Assembly (NCBI GenBank): GCA_964016885.1
Contig: OZ024743.1
Coordinates: 63,240,001-63,304,000, forward strand
Reading direction: 5' to 3'
Origin: Eledone cirrhosa
Taxonomy: Eukaryota
DNA: 64,000 nucleotides
Shown: one piece after another, positions 11,395 to 25,542 of the stretch
Numbering within the stretch: the first letter of the stretch is position 1
Layout of the letters: each line of letters begins with the position of its first letter
The notes under the pieces: generated by a model
Database searches by the model: none
What the model was told of the DNA's origin: nothing
The model's input: only the letters and a program-made list of their open reading frames with translations
Translations under genes and position numbers: made by a program

Positions 11395-13960
11395 TATCAT
11401 CATTACTTAATGTCTATTTTCGCTGCTAGTAAGAGTTGGATAGGGTGTCACAAATCAAGTCAGTACTAAATTGAAGCTAGTGATCTTGCACTCAACAGAG
11501 TGCAGTGTATTTTATTGTGGCACCAGCACTAGGGGGTTGTCATGTTGCATTTTATTGTGGCACCAGCACCAAGGTCCTAATGTCTTTAGTATAAGTGACT
11601 AGTCCTCTCTATTCATTGTTTAGCAAGTTTTTTTATGGTTGTATGCCCTTTTTATCACCAACATTACAGAGTGTAAAGGGTGCATTTTATCATGTCACAA
11701 ACACCAAAGAGGTTACCATGCTCTTGACACCACTGAAGAGTCCTCTCAATTTGTTTTTGGCATGGTTTCTACAGCTGGATGCCCTTCTATCACCAACCAC
11801 CTTATAGAGTGTACTGAGTACATTTTTCATGGCACCTGCACTGGGGAGATTGTCATGTCATATTCTGTTGTAGCAGAAGCATCAGGGAAGTTGTGTCTTT
11901 AGCACAAAGGAAGAATGCTCTCCACTCTTTGTTTAACAAGTTTCTTATATTTGGATGCTCTTCCTATCACCAACTACTTTGCAGAGTGTTGTGGGTGCAT
12001 TTTATGTCACCAACACTAGATATAATGCCCTTGACAATTTAAATTCCTCTCAATCCTTTTTTGGCATGATTTCAATAGTTGGATACTTTTCTTATCAAAA
12101 ATCACCTTACAGGATGTAATAGATGTATTTTTCATGGCACAAACACTAAAAATATTGTTGTGTCATAACTGAAGGGTTCTCTCAACCCTTTCTACAGATC
12201 AGTTTATGGTATGAAGGCTAGATCAGCATAAAGGACTTCTCATGGGCATTCATGTCTTGTATTCCTTTGTTGTGGCCTGAATGACTATTACGAACAGGAT
12301 GGGGCAGAGAATTTATCCTTGGTAGACTCCCAGCCGCATGCTAAAGTCATCCCTGTACTCATTGTTAACCCTCACCTTGTTAACTGCATCCCTGTACATG
12401 GCTTGTACAGCTCTCACAAGCCATTCATCTATCTCTAGCTTCCAAAATCGGCATAAGATTACAGAACATGAGATTCTGTCAAAGACGTTTTCCAGGTTAA
12501 CGAATGCTAAATGTAGGAGCATATTGTTAGCTAAGTACTTCTCTTGCATTTGTCTTACTAGGAAGATAGCATTAGTAGAGCTTTGCTTAAGCATAAAACC
12601 AAACTAGCTCATCAAAATTAACTATTTATCTATAATTATTGGCAACATGACCCTCCCAAAGTATAACAATATAATTATCTATTTATCAAAAATTATTTCT
12701 AATTACTTTTGCTATCACTTATTCTGTAACTTTCATAACCTGATCTGATGCCTCTTAATTACTTCACTTCAGTGCATTTTCTTTACCTTTATAGCAGTTG
12801 ACAATGATGCTGGTACACCAGTCATTGGGTATGAAGCCTTCCTGTACTACCTGATTTGGTAGACAAGTAAGAAAGCTCTCAACTTTGATGGTTAGTCTCT
12901 CAATTGGGTCTACTTGGGGTAGACCCTCACTCTCCCATGCATTTTCCTCATTGAACAAATTTTTATGATAAAACTTCCATGCTTCCTTCTTTTCCGAGTC
13001 AGTAAGAGTAGGTGGGCCATTGTCATTTCGCACACATTTTTCTCTCACAGCAAACTGGTTCTCTCTTGTACATTGTTTTGAAATCAGGAACACTTCACGG
13101 CTGATACTCACTCTGCAGGAGATTGGCAAACCTACTTTCTGCTGCCCCTTATGCTAAATAAACCTGGCACCTAACCTTTCTTCTAGCTACTTGATAATGT
13201 TCCCTGATATCCCCCACCCTCCAGTCTTTCTGAGCTTCCCTTTTAGCCTTTATGGCCCTATGTATAGTACTGTTGCATTACTGTCACCTTACGTTCCATC
13301 TGGCCGATACCTTTCCATATCCACAGATTTCATCTGTAGCCCTCAGTAAGTTTTCTTGTAGGATTTCTTGGTTGATCACTATATTATATGTTCTAACTCC
13401 CCATCCTCTTTGTCATCCTCTAGCTGTTTGAAAGCTCCTTAAACTTCCATACCCACTTCTACAAACTGTCTTAGGTTTTGTGTGCATTTCATTTTGTGTG
13501 CATTCAATCTAAAGTCACTAATCACTAACCTATGTTGTGTGGTACATTCTTGCTGGGGGAAATTTTTTAGTATTTATGATCATCTGCCTATCAAGTTTTC
13601 CAGCAAGAATATAGTCAATCTGGTTTGTGTATTCACATGATTGGTAGGTGAGCAAATGGCTGGCTAGTTTCCTTAAGTTTGTATTACAGATTAAACTCCA
13701 GGAGCTTGATCTCTCTTCATTTCTCACCCCATGTCCATAGCCGCCATGCACACCATACAAAGCATCATGCTTTCACCTAACGTGTCCATTAAAGTCATCA
13801 GCTAAGATGATATAATTAGTGTCATTTGTCATTAAGGTAATCTGCAGGAGAACATCATAGAAGTGGTCCTGCTGTTCATCTGCAAATCCAGATTGTGGTG
13901 CATGAACAGAAACAAATTGTAGCAATCAGGACTACTCAAAGCTTAATCATCTTATTCACA
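11395..13960 (-). mobile_element. Old decayed RTE LINE (EN to RT) joined to an expanded 3'-UTR repeat module
   Basis: ORF remnants 13530..13760 (GVHGGYG..NTN..LTY..QIDYIL), 12764..13129 (EKCVRND..NDWCTSIIVNCYKGK) and 12313..12594 (AIFLVRQMQEKYLA). 11395-12200 holds repeated tail sub-units. Confidence 0.85.
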
Positions 13961-16059
13961 CTACAGCATGTTAAGAGTTATTATTGATCAAATTTTCTTT
14001 TAATTTTAGCATTAATTACTCTTAACTTTTTACTGGTTTCAGTAAATTTAACAACCTGAAAAAAAATTAGTTATATTACTAATCCCCAACCTCCCGAAAT
14101 TCTTGATTTATTGAAAAGATTAATTGAAAATAATAGGTAGCCTAATACATTAGAAATATGATAAAGAAAGGTTTAATACCATTCTGAATGTGAGTAATGA
14201 TAGTGACAGCCACTTTATAGAGACATTTCAAGAGTTAAGACAGTGTGACTCAGGAGAACAGAATATACAATATATATGTTACTATGTTTGACAAAAAAAA
14301 ATAGTCCAAGGACATAGAACAATGCTGATAGAAGGATATGAATTGTATATTCTGCTGTCAAGCTGCTCATTAAGACAATATAATAAAAAGACAAAAACTT
14401 CAATAAATATAAAAAGCAATAATGATTTCTCACATTGGAGGGAGGTTTTGTAGCTAATTCAATCTAGAGCGACCTAACTAAATGATACTGCTAGTCTGGT
14501 GATATGCCATTTCTGTAACTCCACCAATACAATAACTAGCAGCAGCAGTCAAGATGCCAACCACCATCATCATCACTATCATATGTCCACTCTCCATGCT
14601 GGAATGGAATTGACAGGTAGTCTGAGACTAGATGGATGAAAGCAACTTCATCTTGTTCATATGTTCCATATTTAGCATGGTTTCTATGGTTGGATGCCCT
14701 TCCTAATGACAATCCCCTACAGTAAAAAAAAAAAATCAAGTTAAAACTATTAAAATATGTTATCAGTGGATGCAAGGTGGGTTGTTTTTTTTATTTGATT
14801 GAAGTGAAGGTACAGAGCTTAATGGTTAGAGTGCTTGGCTCACAATCATAAGGCTGTAAGTTGAACAAGTCACTTTATTCCATGTTGCTCCAGTCCACTC
14901 AGCTGGAAAAAATTGCCTGTACCTTAATTCAAAAAGCCAGCCTTGTATATCATGTCACACTGATTCTCTCTTATAATTATTACATTAAGGCTATTCTGTT
15001 GTTTAAAAAACTGGGATATTTGTCATTGGAATCAGAGACCTGAACAATGAACAACTCTTGTCATACATAAACTTTTGCATTTTAACAAACATAGGGTACC
15101 CACTCCTATCATGTAAAGCAATGTGAAATGAAATATATTGCTGAAAATCAGAATACACCACTTGGTCCAGGAATACAACCCATGACCTTATGTTCATGAG
15201 TTCAACCCCCTAACCACTAGGCCACATATTTTCATTTAGGACACATGCTTTGGCATCTTAATTAAAAGAGACTGAAGATTCACAAATCAGCAGTTCTTGA
15301 TGTTGCAGAATTAAACTTTTGGTTCACTTCATAAACAGTAACAGGATTGGTTTGATGACAACAACTGCATAATATAACTTCTAATTGCAGAAAAGTGTAA
15401 AGCTAAACTTGATAAAAAGAACAATCTGAATTCTAAAAATTCAAAGACGGAATTAATTGTGAAATCTAATCAGAAACATAATTAAATTTTAGAAATATGA
15501 AGAAGTAGTGGTTGATTGATAAAACCAAAGAAATAAATTTGTTCTAACTTATACAAAACATTTTGGGCACCCACAAAATTGGGAACAGTGCCAATTGAAT
15601 ATGTGGTTTGAAATCTCTAATTGAAAAAGATAATGTTCACAGCATAAAAAAGAGAAAGGAGCTGATTCTTAAATTGGACCAAAGAAACAAAGTTTCCATA
15701 GGTCTTTCTATTGTTGATACAATCTGCTAATTACAATTTCTAGCAGAAGGGAGTGAGATTTGGACTCGGAATGCACAGATCTGGATCATATAACACAAAG
15801 TATCCTGTTTAACAATTTCACCAATCCATCCTCTCTTAGACTGGTACTTTATTTATGACCAGCAAAGTCTACCTATGTAGGATTTAAAATCAGAGTGCTG
15901 TAACCAAGAACAGGTACTGAAACATTTAAACCAATACCTTAATGATTGCCAATTTGCCACCAAAAGGTGGAGACACGATAAAATGTCAACAATAATTCAC
16001 TGGCACTTTTGTAATAGAATCTGTTTTGAATGTATAGAAAAAAAAGCTATGATCATTTT

Positions 16060-16545
16060 GTTGGAGTAGAAATGAAAGAATTTGAAAATGATGATCTGAA
16101 GTTAAGTTTGCTATGATGTTTCTATACAAAACCTGAAAGAAGAATAAGACATAAGTCAAATATTGTGGTCATTGATAAGAACAAGAAAATGTGTCTTGTA
16201 ATTTAAATGGCATACCTATTCGATTCCAGAGTCAGGACAAAGAAATAATAGCTTATCATACTGAGTTGAAGTATTTAAATCCTCAAGTGTTTGAGTATAG
16301 TTGACATTGTCATGGTACTGCCAACTAACATTGAGGCTTTGGGAATTCTTATGAGAATTTCAGAGTAAACTTAATCTAAGAGTGAATGTAGTGCAGAAAA
16401 CTTGTTTGCTTGGATTCCCGAAAAACAGATACAAACAGTATAGAAGGACCTTCATAGGAGAAAGGACAAGAGTACTTCAAATCCTAGACCATAGGTTGCT
16501 GTCCAATAGAAAGATTAATTATATTAACAACAATAATAATTATTT
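16060..16545 (+). mobile_element. Old decayed R4/Dong-like RLE 3' end
   Basis: Degenerate END.LK, NIVVIDKNKKMCLVI.MAY.FDSRV and I.ALG parallel the copy at 1-843. Ends in an AAC/AAT-rich tract. Confidence 0.55.
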
Positions 16546-16600
16546 TAATAATTAACAACAATAATTTTTTTGTAGTAGTAGTAGTATTAATGAAGCTTAC

Positions 16601-16679
16601 CTTGGCAGTGGATTGCTACTGAGATCAAAGACTTGCAAGTTTTTACAAAATTTAATATTTTCTGGAATTTCGCAGAGTT
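16601..16679 (-). CDS. scrib: Internal coding exon (79 bp) of a Scribble-like LAP-family LRR protein
   Basis: Minus strand: pyrimidine tract ...ttctttaatcacAG acceptor and AG|GTAAGC donor. Reads (E)LCEIPENIKFCKNLQVFDLSSNPLP(R), matching the Scribble/LRRC1 LRR motif IPEnIKxxkxLqvxDfSsNPl. Phase 1 in, phase 2 out. Confidence 0.92.
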
Positions 16680-19600
16680 CTGTGATTAAAGAAGAAGAAA
16701 AAAATGGATAAGCAAAGAGAATTTGTTTGGTTTATCAATTGAAAGAAACATCTAATTCAAACAGGCATTACCAAATATTTCGCTAATAGCAGAATCATTT
16801 CAAGTCAGACTGCCAACACTTCATGCTGTTTATCTCTTTAACCCTTTTGAAACCAAACCACCTGAAACTGCCTCAAGTTCTGATATTAAGTAATTGATAT
16901 TAAGAAGAGCATCAAACTGTAGAAACCATGCCAAAATGGAACAGATGAACAAGACATGGCCATCTAATTTGTCTAGTCTTAGAATGTGGTACCCTGTCCA
17001 ACCCATGCCAATGTGGAACATTGACATAAAACAGTGATAATAATGAGAATGATAGTGATGATATCATCATCATCATCATTGTTGTTTTTACATCCACTTT
17101 TTCCTGTTGGTATAAATTTCGACAGGATGGTTTGAGATCATGTTTTGTAGCTGGATGCCCTTCCCAATGCCAATCCTTTTAGTCACTACTTACAACACAC
17201 AGGGATATGGTGTACATATTTTAAATTCTAGTGTATATATAGCATACATTTTTTAAGAAAAACACGCCATCATAACTTTACGTAAGAACTTCTGTTAACT
17301 TATGCTCCAAACACCAACTTAATAACAAGAAAATTAGATTAGTAACTCTTTCTATAGTCTTGATTATTTTCAAAATCATTTGAAAATTATAGTATATTTC
17401 ATTAAAAACATGGCAATGGAAAGGTTAAACTTATGGAGAGCACTGAAAGTAGATTCTATCTCACTAATAACAAGAGTCATATGTGGTAGTAGTTATATTA
17501 CTTTGAGTATTTTATTAGCCTCTGGAATATTCATTACTTGAGCTAACTGTGCTATCATCATTCATCATCATCATTTAATGTCCACTTTTCCTGCTATCAA
17601 GAGTTGGACAGGTCTTCACAGACTGAATCAGTACTGAAGTTGAGTTACTGACCTCCCAGATAGGCCAGGGGCCTGTATTTCGCTTACATACAGTCCCATG
17701 TTCCACCGAATACACCAGTAGAAGAAAAATTGTCATGTCATTAGCACAACTGAAATGTCCTCCCAACCCTTTGTTTGGCAAGCTTTCTTTGACAGGATAC
17801 TCTTCCTATTACCAACCACTTTAGTGTCTATTGGGTATATTTATCATGTAGATCACCAACACTGGGGGGGGGGGGGGGGGTACCATGTCTTTGAAACAAC
17901 AGAGAAAGTCAAACTCAGCTATTAGAAGTTATAATATCAACTTATATTAGCATTTTATTTTACAATCTTATAACAGGAGATTTAGAATACTCAAGTTTCT
18001 GTAAAGTTGTTTTATCGGCTCAGAGTAACAACAAAACCTACCCTAGGAATCCATTGAAAACCTGGTATTTGTAAAATAAAACAAAAAACAACTTACTTAT
18101 ATAGGTTTTTGATTTTTATATATATTTAGACTTTACTGTCTATTTTATATTCTGTTTATGCCTGGGAAAGATGAGGAAACCATGATTGAAAAGGTTTGGG
18201 GATGCCTAGTTCACACTATCATATTTACAATAATGGCTACATAACACAGCTTTTAATCTTAGGTTACCTTGTTCCAATGGATGGTTATTGATATAACATT
18301 GATACACACACACACTGAACTCAACATTAATATTCACAATGTATGTTTTAAATGTCCTCAGTTTCTCTTAAATATTCATTTGGCTATTTTAGTGCTACAT
18401 ACCCTTTCAAGTAGAACTCAATTGAACTACTCAACAGAAACAAGGTCAACAAAGAGAGTTAAGAATTTTACAGATTAACCCTATCCTTACCATATTTCCA
18501 GTGAAAATACACCATTTAGGAGTTTCAAATAATTATGAAAATAATCAAGAATTAAGAGGGGTTTAGTAATTTAACTAACATTCTCATTATCAAGATGATG
18601 TTTAGAATATAACAAAAGTTCTTACATAAATATGAATTATTTAAAATAAACAGTTTAGTATCATAGAACCAGAGTGGTTTTAGGTGATTCAGTATAAAAA
18701 AGGGTTAACCATTTTGTGACTGTATTGCCAAAGAAATACATTGTACATCAATTAATGAAAAATTTAATATTAAGATAGCACTAACAAAAAAGTTCCAATA
18801 TAAAATTATGTTGAAAGATTTTAATTTAATCAAGAACCCTTTAAAATTGGTGGTTTTATTTCACAGAACCAGAAGCAGATTTGAGTGGGATGGTGTCAAA
18901 TGGGTTAAACTTCCTAACAGATTTCAATAAGATTTAGTTACCTTTAATTACTCAAATACAATGTGATCAGTAATATATAATGCCACCTGTAGGTACAGCT
19001 ACAGCATTTTATATATTTTTAAGAAACTAACACAATATTGCAGACAATTTTGTGTGTTTCAGTTTATCTTTTACACTATAAACAATAGCAATATGTTTTA
19101 TTTACACATCCATATTTTTATTATATTAATGTAATGCAATTATAGTGTGGTTTAATGTGGTACAGAATGTTAGGAATTAAATAGTAATCTGCTTCTGAAG
19201 ATTGCAGTGGCATGAAACTTGAGCAGTGAGAGAGAATAAACAGTGTAAGTAATAGATTTACATGTGTACACAGAGAGGGAGAGAGAGAGAGAAAGAGAGA
19301 GAGAGAGAAAGAGAGAGAGAGAAAGAGAGAGAAAAAGAGAGAGAGAAACACAGAGACACAAAAAAAAAAAAATGGTTATTTTAGCAATTTCAAACTTCTG
19401 GAAAATATTCACCAATCTATATAAGTCTAACTTCTAACTTGGTGAAATTATTTTGTATACACATACACAGTGTACACACACATGGTGCACACACAAGACT
19501 GCGTAAATGATTGTGAAAAACTTATGTTCAGTATATAGCATAACAATCCAATAAGTAATACATTTTTTCTTCTGATTTTTGATATTTCCATATTGGAAAT

Positions 19601-19982
19601 ACCAGAATTAATATAATCTTTAATTCAACATCATGATTCCACTGATATAGAATAAAATAACAACAACAACAACATTTACAAAAATATGATGACAATAATA
19701 ATATTAACAACAACAACAACAATAATAATAATAATAATGATTTCTTTATAATAATAATGAAAGAAATACAATAGTAAGCTCAAAAGATAAAGATACCAAA
19801 GAAAAATCTGTATCTATATGTGTATAATTCCACTGAATCGAAGCTATACTATCTAAAAATATCTGTATGTCAACTGACCCACCACCACCATCACCCATAT
19901 CACTCACACACATTTTAAATAAAAATGAGAAAGTAAATGAAAAACAAAAAAACAAACAAACATCAAACCATTTCTCTCTCTT

Positions 19983-20280
19983 TCATCATCATCATCATCA
20001 TCATCATCATTCCATGCTTGCATGGGTTTGGATGGGAGTTTTCCCACTTGAGGCAAGATTGGTTGTCCTGCTCGTATAGGACTGTCTGGCGGGTTTTCTA
20101 CGGCTGGATGCCCTTCCTAACACCAACCACATTTACAGTGTGGACTGGGAGGTTTTTACCGTGTTACCTACACGGCCACGTTACAGCATGGACTGTGTGT
20201 TTTTTTTGTCGTGACACCTACACGACCTCATTTGTTTCGGACTGGCTGTTGTGGTACCAACATAACTTCACATTTAAGGG
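19983..20280 (-). mobile_element. RTE 3'-UTR/tail copy, same subfamily as 6701-7167
   Basis: The reverse complement closely matches 6865-7167. (CAT)n at 19984-20010. Confidence 0.85.
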
Positions 20281-20368
20281 TGTATATGTGTGTGTATATA
20301 TATATATGTATAAAGAAGGTATTATTTATGCATGTATACCTGCACTCACTTTTAAAAGTTGTTTTACT

Positions 20369-20588
20369 TATGAGAGGATGCTGAAAAGCCTCTGGCTTTG
20401 GGTAAAAGAAAATACAGGAGGATCAGTTAATTATGATTTTATTCAACATATTACCCTCTCAGATTCACACACTTATTGAAACTGTCCTTCAGTTTTTCTA
20501 ACCCTATAAAATGAACTCAGAAGGTTGGACCTCCAACCAGACCTCTGTAGCAGTGACCAAGCCAGAAATTTTTCAGCACCCCTTTGTA
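20369..20588. mobile_element. Tc1/mariner-type MITE
   Basis: TA-flanked TIRs TA.GAG.GG.TGCTGAAAA..CTGGCTT / AAGCCAG.AA.TTTTCAGCACCCC..TGTA. Confidence 0.75.
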
Positions 20589-21022
20589 TATATGAAACAT
20601 TTCTAAAGATTTCTTTTTAAGAAATCAAATGATGGAAATCATTGAAAGGAGGGGAAGATTTACGAGATACTAACTATGTATTACTGGAACTTCACTTCAT
20701 AGACATTAGATCTGTAGTTAGACTCTTTTACTAGTTTCAGTCATTACAGTATAGGAATGCTGGGACATTGCCTATATTTAGCTGATCATATTAACCTGAG
20801 TATTTATTTGTTTTTCATGTCGCTTTTTGTCCAACAGCAAAGTTACAGGACATAAACACACACACACACGCTCCACCCTTGCTAGCAGAGAAAACGTCAG
20901 AGAGAGAGACGAAAACAGTGCTCAATCGAGAAGAGAGCAGGAATATTATATTATTTATCTATATTCATATGCAGAACAAAAGCTCTATGCAAGGTTTCAA
21001 GGCCCAAATTTAACCATACCTC

Positions 21023-21135
21023 CAGAATACAAAAGGCATCAAATTTGTGACCTTTCTTATACAAATTTATAAGATCTTATAAATTCATATAAATGCCTGA
21101 AGAAAGGTCACAAATTTGATGTCTCTTGTATTCTG
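21023..21135. repeat. Long inverted repeat (foldback)
   Basis: 36-bp arms at 21023-21058 and 21100-21135 with 2 mismatches, plus a perfect 22-bp palindrome at 21064-21085. Confidence 0.9.
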
Positions 21136-21298
21136 TAATTTGACTTAACTGAAGAGCACTCTCTACCCTATGGTGTGTAGGGAGGATGGGATAAGTATGA
21201 TGCCATGGGTAAGTGATAAAAAAATATGAGACAGACTCAAAGCCACAAATATATTTGCTATAAATGAGATTCCATTCTTAAGACAAAATCAGACTTAC

Positions 21299-21453
<155 letters not shown>

Positions 21454-21899
21454 CACACACAGACAGACAGGCACAAAGAAAGTGACAAACAGTCTGGCAG
21501 ACAACAGAGACAGGCAAAGATAAAAAGACACAGGCCAAGCCAATGAGATTGACAAACAAATACACACACACAAACACAGCCACACACGCACAAAGACATA
21601 TGCACAGAGAGAATTCCAATGTTTCTAAAGCCACCTATTTTTAGTGAATAAACAGTGAAAGATAATTGATATATGCTTAACACTTGCATACATTCCTTCA
21701 GTCTGGAATGATGAGGTCAAATTTGGTAATGTGTCATAACAGACAATGAAGGCAACCTCAAGGACAGCTATACAAACCCAATGACAGTCTCTGCTAAATA
21801 AAAAAACGAAAGGGATGAACAAAAAAAAAAAAATTAAATAATGAAAAAAGTCAGAGGGGGAGTGAGGATAAACTCTACACTTCTGTCTATGCTGTATAT

Positions 21900-23045
21900 A
21901 TATATCAGCTGTGCACTGTGGACAAGAAGCCAAATGCATTGCTGCAGAATATGGCCTGCAAGACATGAGCCCTGGTTGTCAATGTCACATGAAGACTTGA
22001 AATAAATGAAGTGAGCATACTCAGGTAGATATGTAATGTTAGTGTGCATAAATAACATAGCATAAGTGAACAGAGAAACGCTTTCATAAGAAAGGCCTGA
22101 TGCAATGTACAGAAGGGGATACTGTGATGGTATTGGCATGTGATGCATATGGAAGATGACAACATTATTAAGAAATCCAGAGCTATCTCAGTGGATAGGG
22201 CTCATTGAAGAGATAGAACTAGGAAGGCACTGGGTGAAGTAATGAAGATGAGTTTTAGAAAGCTGAATCTCACAACAGAGATGACAATGGACAACAAGGA
22301 TTGGTGACACATGGTATAGTACTGGAAAAGATTTTCCTGCCATAAGATAGAGAGGGCTCTTCAATAGAGTCTATGACTGATTACCTACCTCTGTAAAGTG
22401 GTTGGTTGAGAAATAAGGCCTCTAATCATAGAAAGCAAGCCTAAAAGGGTTGAGAAGACTCAGTCAAAACAACAACCACTCTAGTAATGAGCCATGAAAA
22501 GTGCACTCAGTACACCCTTTAAGGTGGTTGGTGAAAGGAGAGCACCCAGCAGTAGAACATTTGCTAATCAAAGGCTTGGAAAGAAACTTCAGTTGTGTCA
22601 AGGGCATGGAAAGAAACTTCAGTTGTGTCAAGGGCATGCCAACCTTTTCAGTTCTGGTAAACTCTATGATAAATGTACTCAGTACACACTGTAAAGTAAT
22701 TTATGATAGGAAGGTCATCCAGCAGCAGAAAACTTAACAAATAAGGTCTCTTCAGCTGTGACAAAGACATGACAACCTTCCTATTGCTTGTGCTTTAATA
22801 AAATGCACCCAGTGCACTTTGTAGAATGCAGGAATGTATGTAAACAAGGTGCAGGCCCCAGCCTATCTGAGTGGATGCCACTATAAAATGTACCTAGTGC
22901 ATTCAGTAAGGAATGGGAATGTATCTAAGTGAAATGTGGGCCTCTGGCCTGTCTGAGAGGTCACTAGCTTCGATTATGTACTGACTTGGTCTGTGACAAC
23001 CTGACCAACCTTCTCTAGCAGTAAAAATGGACATTAAATGATAGA
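21900..23045 (+). mobile_element. Decayed RTE C-terminus with a long multi-unit 3' module
   Basis: Degenerate ETWAL and L.WYWHV remnants, then repeated GCACCCAGTACACT..GTAAAGT / AGGAAGG.CATCCAGC units ending GGACATTAAATGA. Confidence 0.6.
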
Positions 23046-23305
23046 CAAATATGTATTATATGATTAAGATGATGTTTCTCCATCCCATCTCATTTCAGAC
23101 TGTGTGTGTTAGGTGCGTAACTATAGTTAGATGTGGCTTTGCACTTATAAACTTGCACATCAGAGATGTTAAAGAGGAGTCAGGCCCCGTCATTATGTTT
23201 GTACCCCAAGCTGATCGATATCGAAAGAATTGTAATATGCCTAATAAAGTTTGTACATATGCTGCAACACTGACTTCGATTCCACCCCCCCCCCCTCTCT
23301 ATCTA

Positions 23306-23374
<69 letters not shown>

Positions 23375-23581
23375 AATCACTCTTTTCTGAAGTTTGATTG
23401 TATTTCTTCCTATTGTCAAAAAAATGTGTAAGAGAAGAAAAAAAATTACAATTGGCTAAGGTTACTGCATTAAGATTGCTTTCATCTTCTTAGAGTGCAT
23501 TCTGGGTGGGTGGATAGTTAACAGTTGCGATCCAGATAGCAGATGGAGCAGCTAAACACTTGCAACCAACTATCAACTATT

Positions 23582-23758
23582 CAGTATCGGTAGAGGGTCG
23601 GACGCCATGCTTTCCAGCATAGTTACGTCCCTTTATGATCCGAGTTCAAATCCCGCCGAGGTTGACTTTGCCTTTCATCCTTACGGGGTCGATAAAATAA
23701 AGTACCAGTAATGCACTGGGTAATTGCTGGCCTTGTGCCTAAAGTAGAAACAATTATT
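23582..23758 (+). mobile_element. SINE S1
   Basis: Same consensus. Confidence 0.85.
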
Positions 23759-25334
23759 TCTTTTACTCAACACAAAAATTACAAAATATTATGGGATCCT
23801 CATTTGCTACCAATATCACCAGCTTATGCAGGAAACCTCTATGTAGCTGATCAACATACCAGAAAAAACAACCAAATGACCCTTAAATCCCATACATGCA
23901 ATCTTAGGAAAAAGAAAAAGGCATGTAGATAATGTTATCTGATATACATTGATAAATGTAAAACAATGCTTCAAAAGGTCCCATCCAACCCATGCCAGCA
24001 TGGAAACAACGTAAAATCAATTATATAAAGTCTATTGCTTTCAAATACTAAGACACCAGAGAGAAATAAGTTTAAAAAGAACTTTTTTCTTTCTTACTTC
24101 TCAACAATGGTTTAGAAAGATTTCACATATTTAAATAAACCAAGTTACAAAGCAGGAGTTTAATAAGAAATTTTTTATTTTCATTTTTACTATATTGAAT
24201 ATAAATTACTAGAGCGAATGAAATACTTCAGTTTTTGTTCCTTGTTGAACAGCAATCATTTCCTGATACATTAATAACTTATGAATGAATCTTCAAAATA
24301 ATGGTTGATAGAATCAAGGAATGCACTGAATGAATGTTGTAGACTGCCATAATTTAAAATACATATGCTTATAACTTGCTGCATGTATCTAACCAGATGA
24401 ACACTGCTCAGGAAATAGTGGTAAAGTGAAAAATTCAATCAAATGAAAGCAGATTTAATGCTACATTCACTTAAAAATTAAATAAAAGTATTGATTTGCA
24501 GCATGTGCAGCAGTTTGTGCAGAGAATATGCACACAATGCAGGTAATATAAATATTTTCTTTCTAGATTTTGTTTTCAAAAGAACTTTGTATATACTATT
24601 TGGGACATGGAAATGAGTAACAGTCAATACATGGACAATGCTACAATTTTTGTTTAACCTATTTGTTACCATATTTCTAGACATACACAACATGGGTTTC
24701 TGCAGTTTCAGTGTACTAAATTCCACACATAAGGCATTGGACAACCTGAGGCTATAGCAGAAGAGACTTGTCCAAGGTACCACAATACAGAACTACCCCA
24801 GGATCCTGTGGTCTCTAAGCAAACTCCTTAATCACACCGCCATGCTGGTACCGATTAGTATTGAGCACTAAAACAAAATAATAGCTATTGATGCAGTGGC
24901 TGTATCAGTAAAAAAGAAAGCTAATGTTAATGTAATTAACAGAACTAGATAAACATAACAAATGACAGCTTTCAGGCTATGAAACAAAAAGCAGCTGGGA
25001 AGGAGGGGTTATATTTATCAAGGTCACATAAAGAAGGGTAATGCCTAAAATAAACATCTATAAAACCAGAACAGTAAAATGACAAAACTACTGCAATAAA
25101 AAAAAAAATAAAAATAAAAAAAAAAAAAAAAATAAAAAAAAAAAATCAATGAATACAAATAGCAACAAAGTATGAAAAAATAGTTTCTATTTTAAGGAAC
25201 CCTAATAAATAAAAATAGACAACTATGCAATTAACCCTTTTTGATATATTTCTAATGAAAAACACTCAATGTTTTTCAATAATTTTGAAAAAGAATTTGG
25301 AGGAATTTAGTAAAATAACTTATTTTTTCACTAT

Positions 25335-25542
25335 TAATTCTTTACATCCTGCACCATATGAAAGCACATTCTTAAAATGTACTAAACAGTACTATGACTG
25401 CATCATATAAAAATTAAAGTCTTTAGTTTACTGCAAATTTTCACAATGATCTGTCTTCTAGTAAAAATATTTTAAACATTTGAATCGACCAATCTATTTT
25501 TAGATATTTTCTGCTTCATCTATACAAGATGGTAAGAGTTAA
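25335..25542. mobile_element. TTAA MITE family M3 nested in an M1 copy (relatives at about 11231-11392 and 59114-59272)
   Basis: TTAA.TCTT.ACATCCTG ... CAAGATGGTAAGAGTTAA. The M1 sequence resumes after the duplicated TTAA. Confidence 0.65.

Noticed and set aside
22578-22639. Exact ~30-bp tandem duplication
   Set aside because: Local slippage inside a decayed RTE tail with no further structure.
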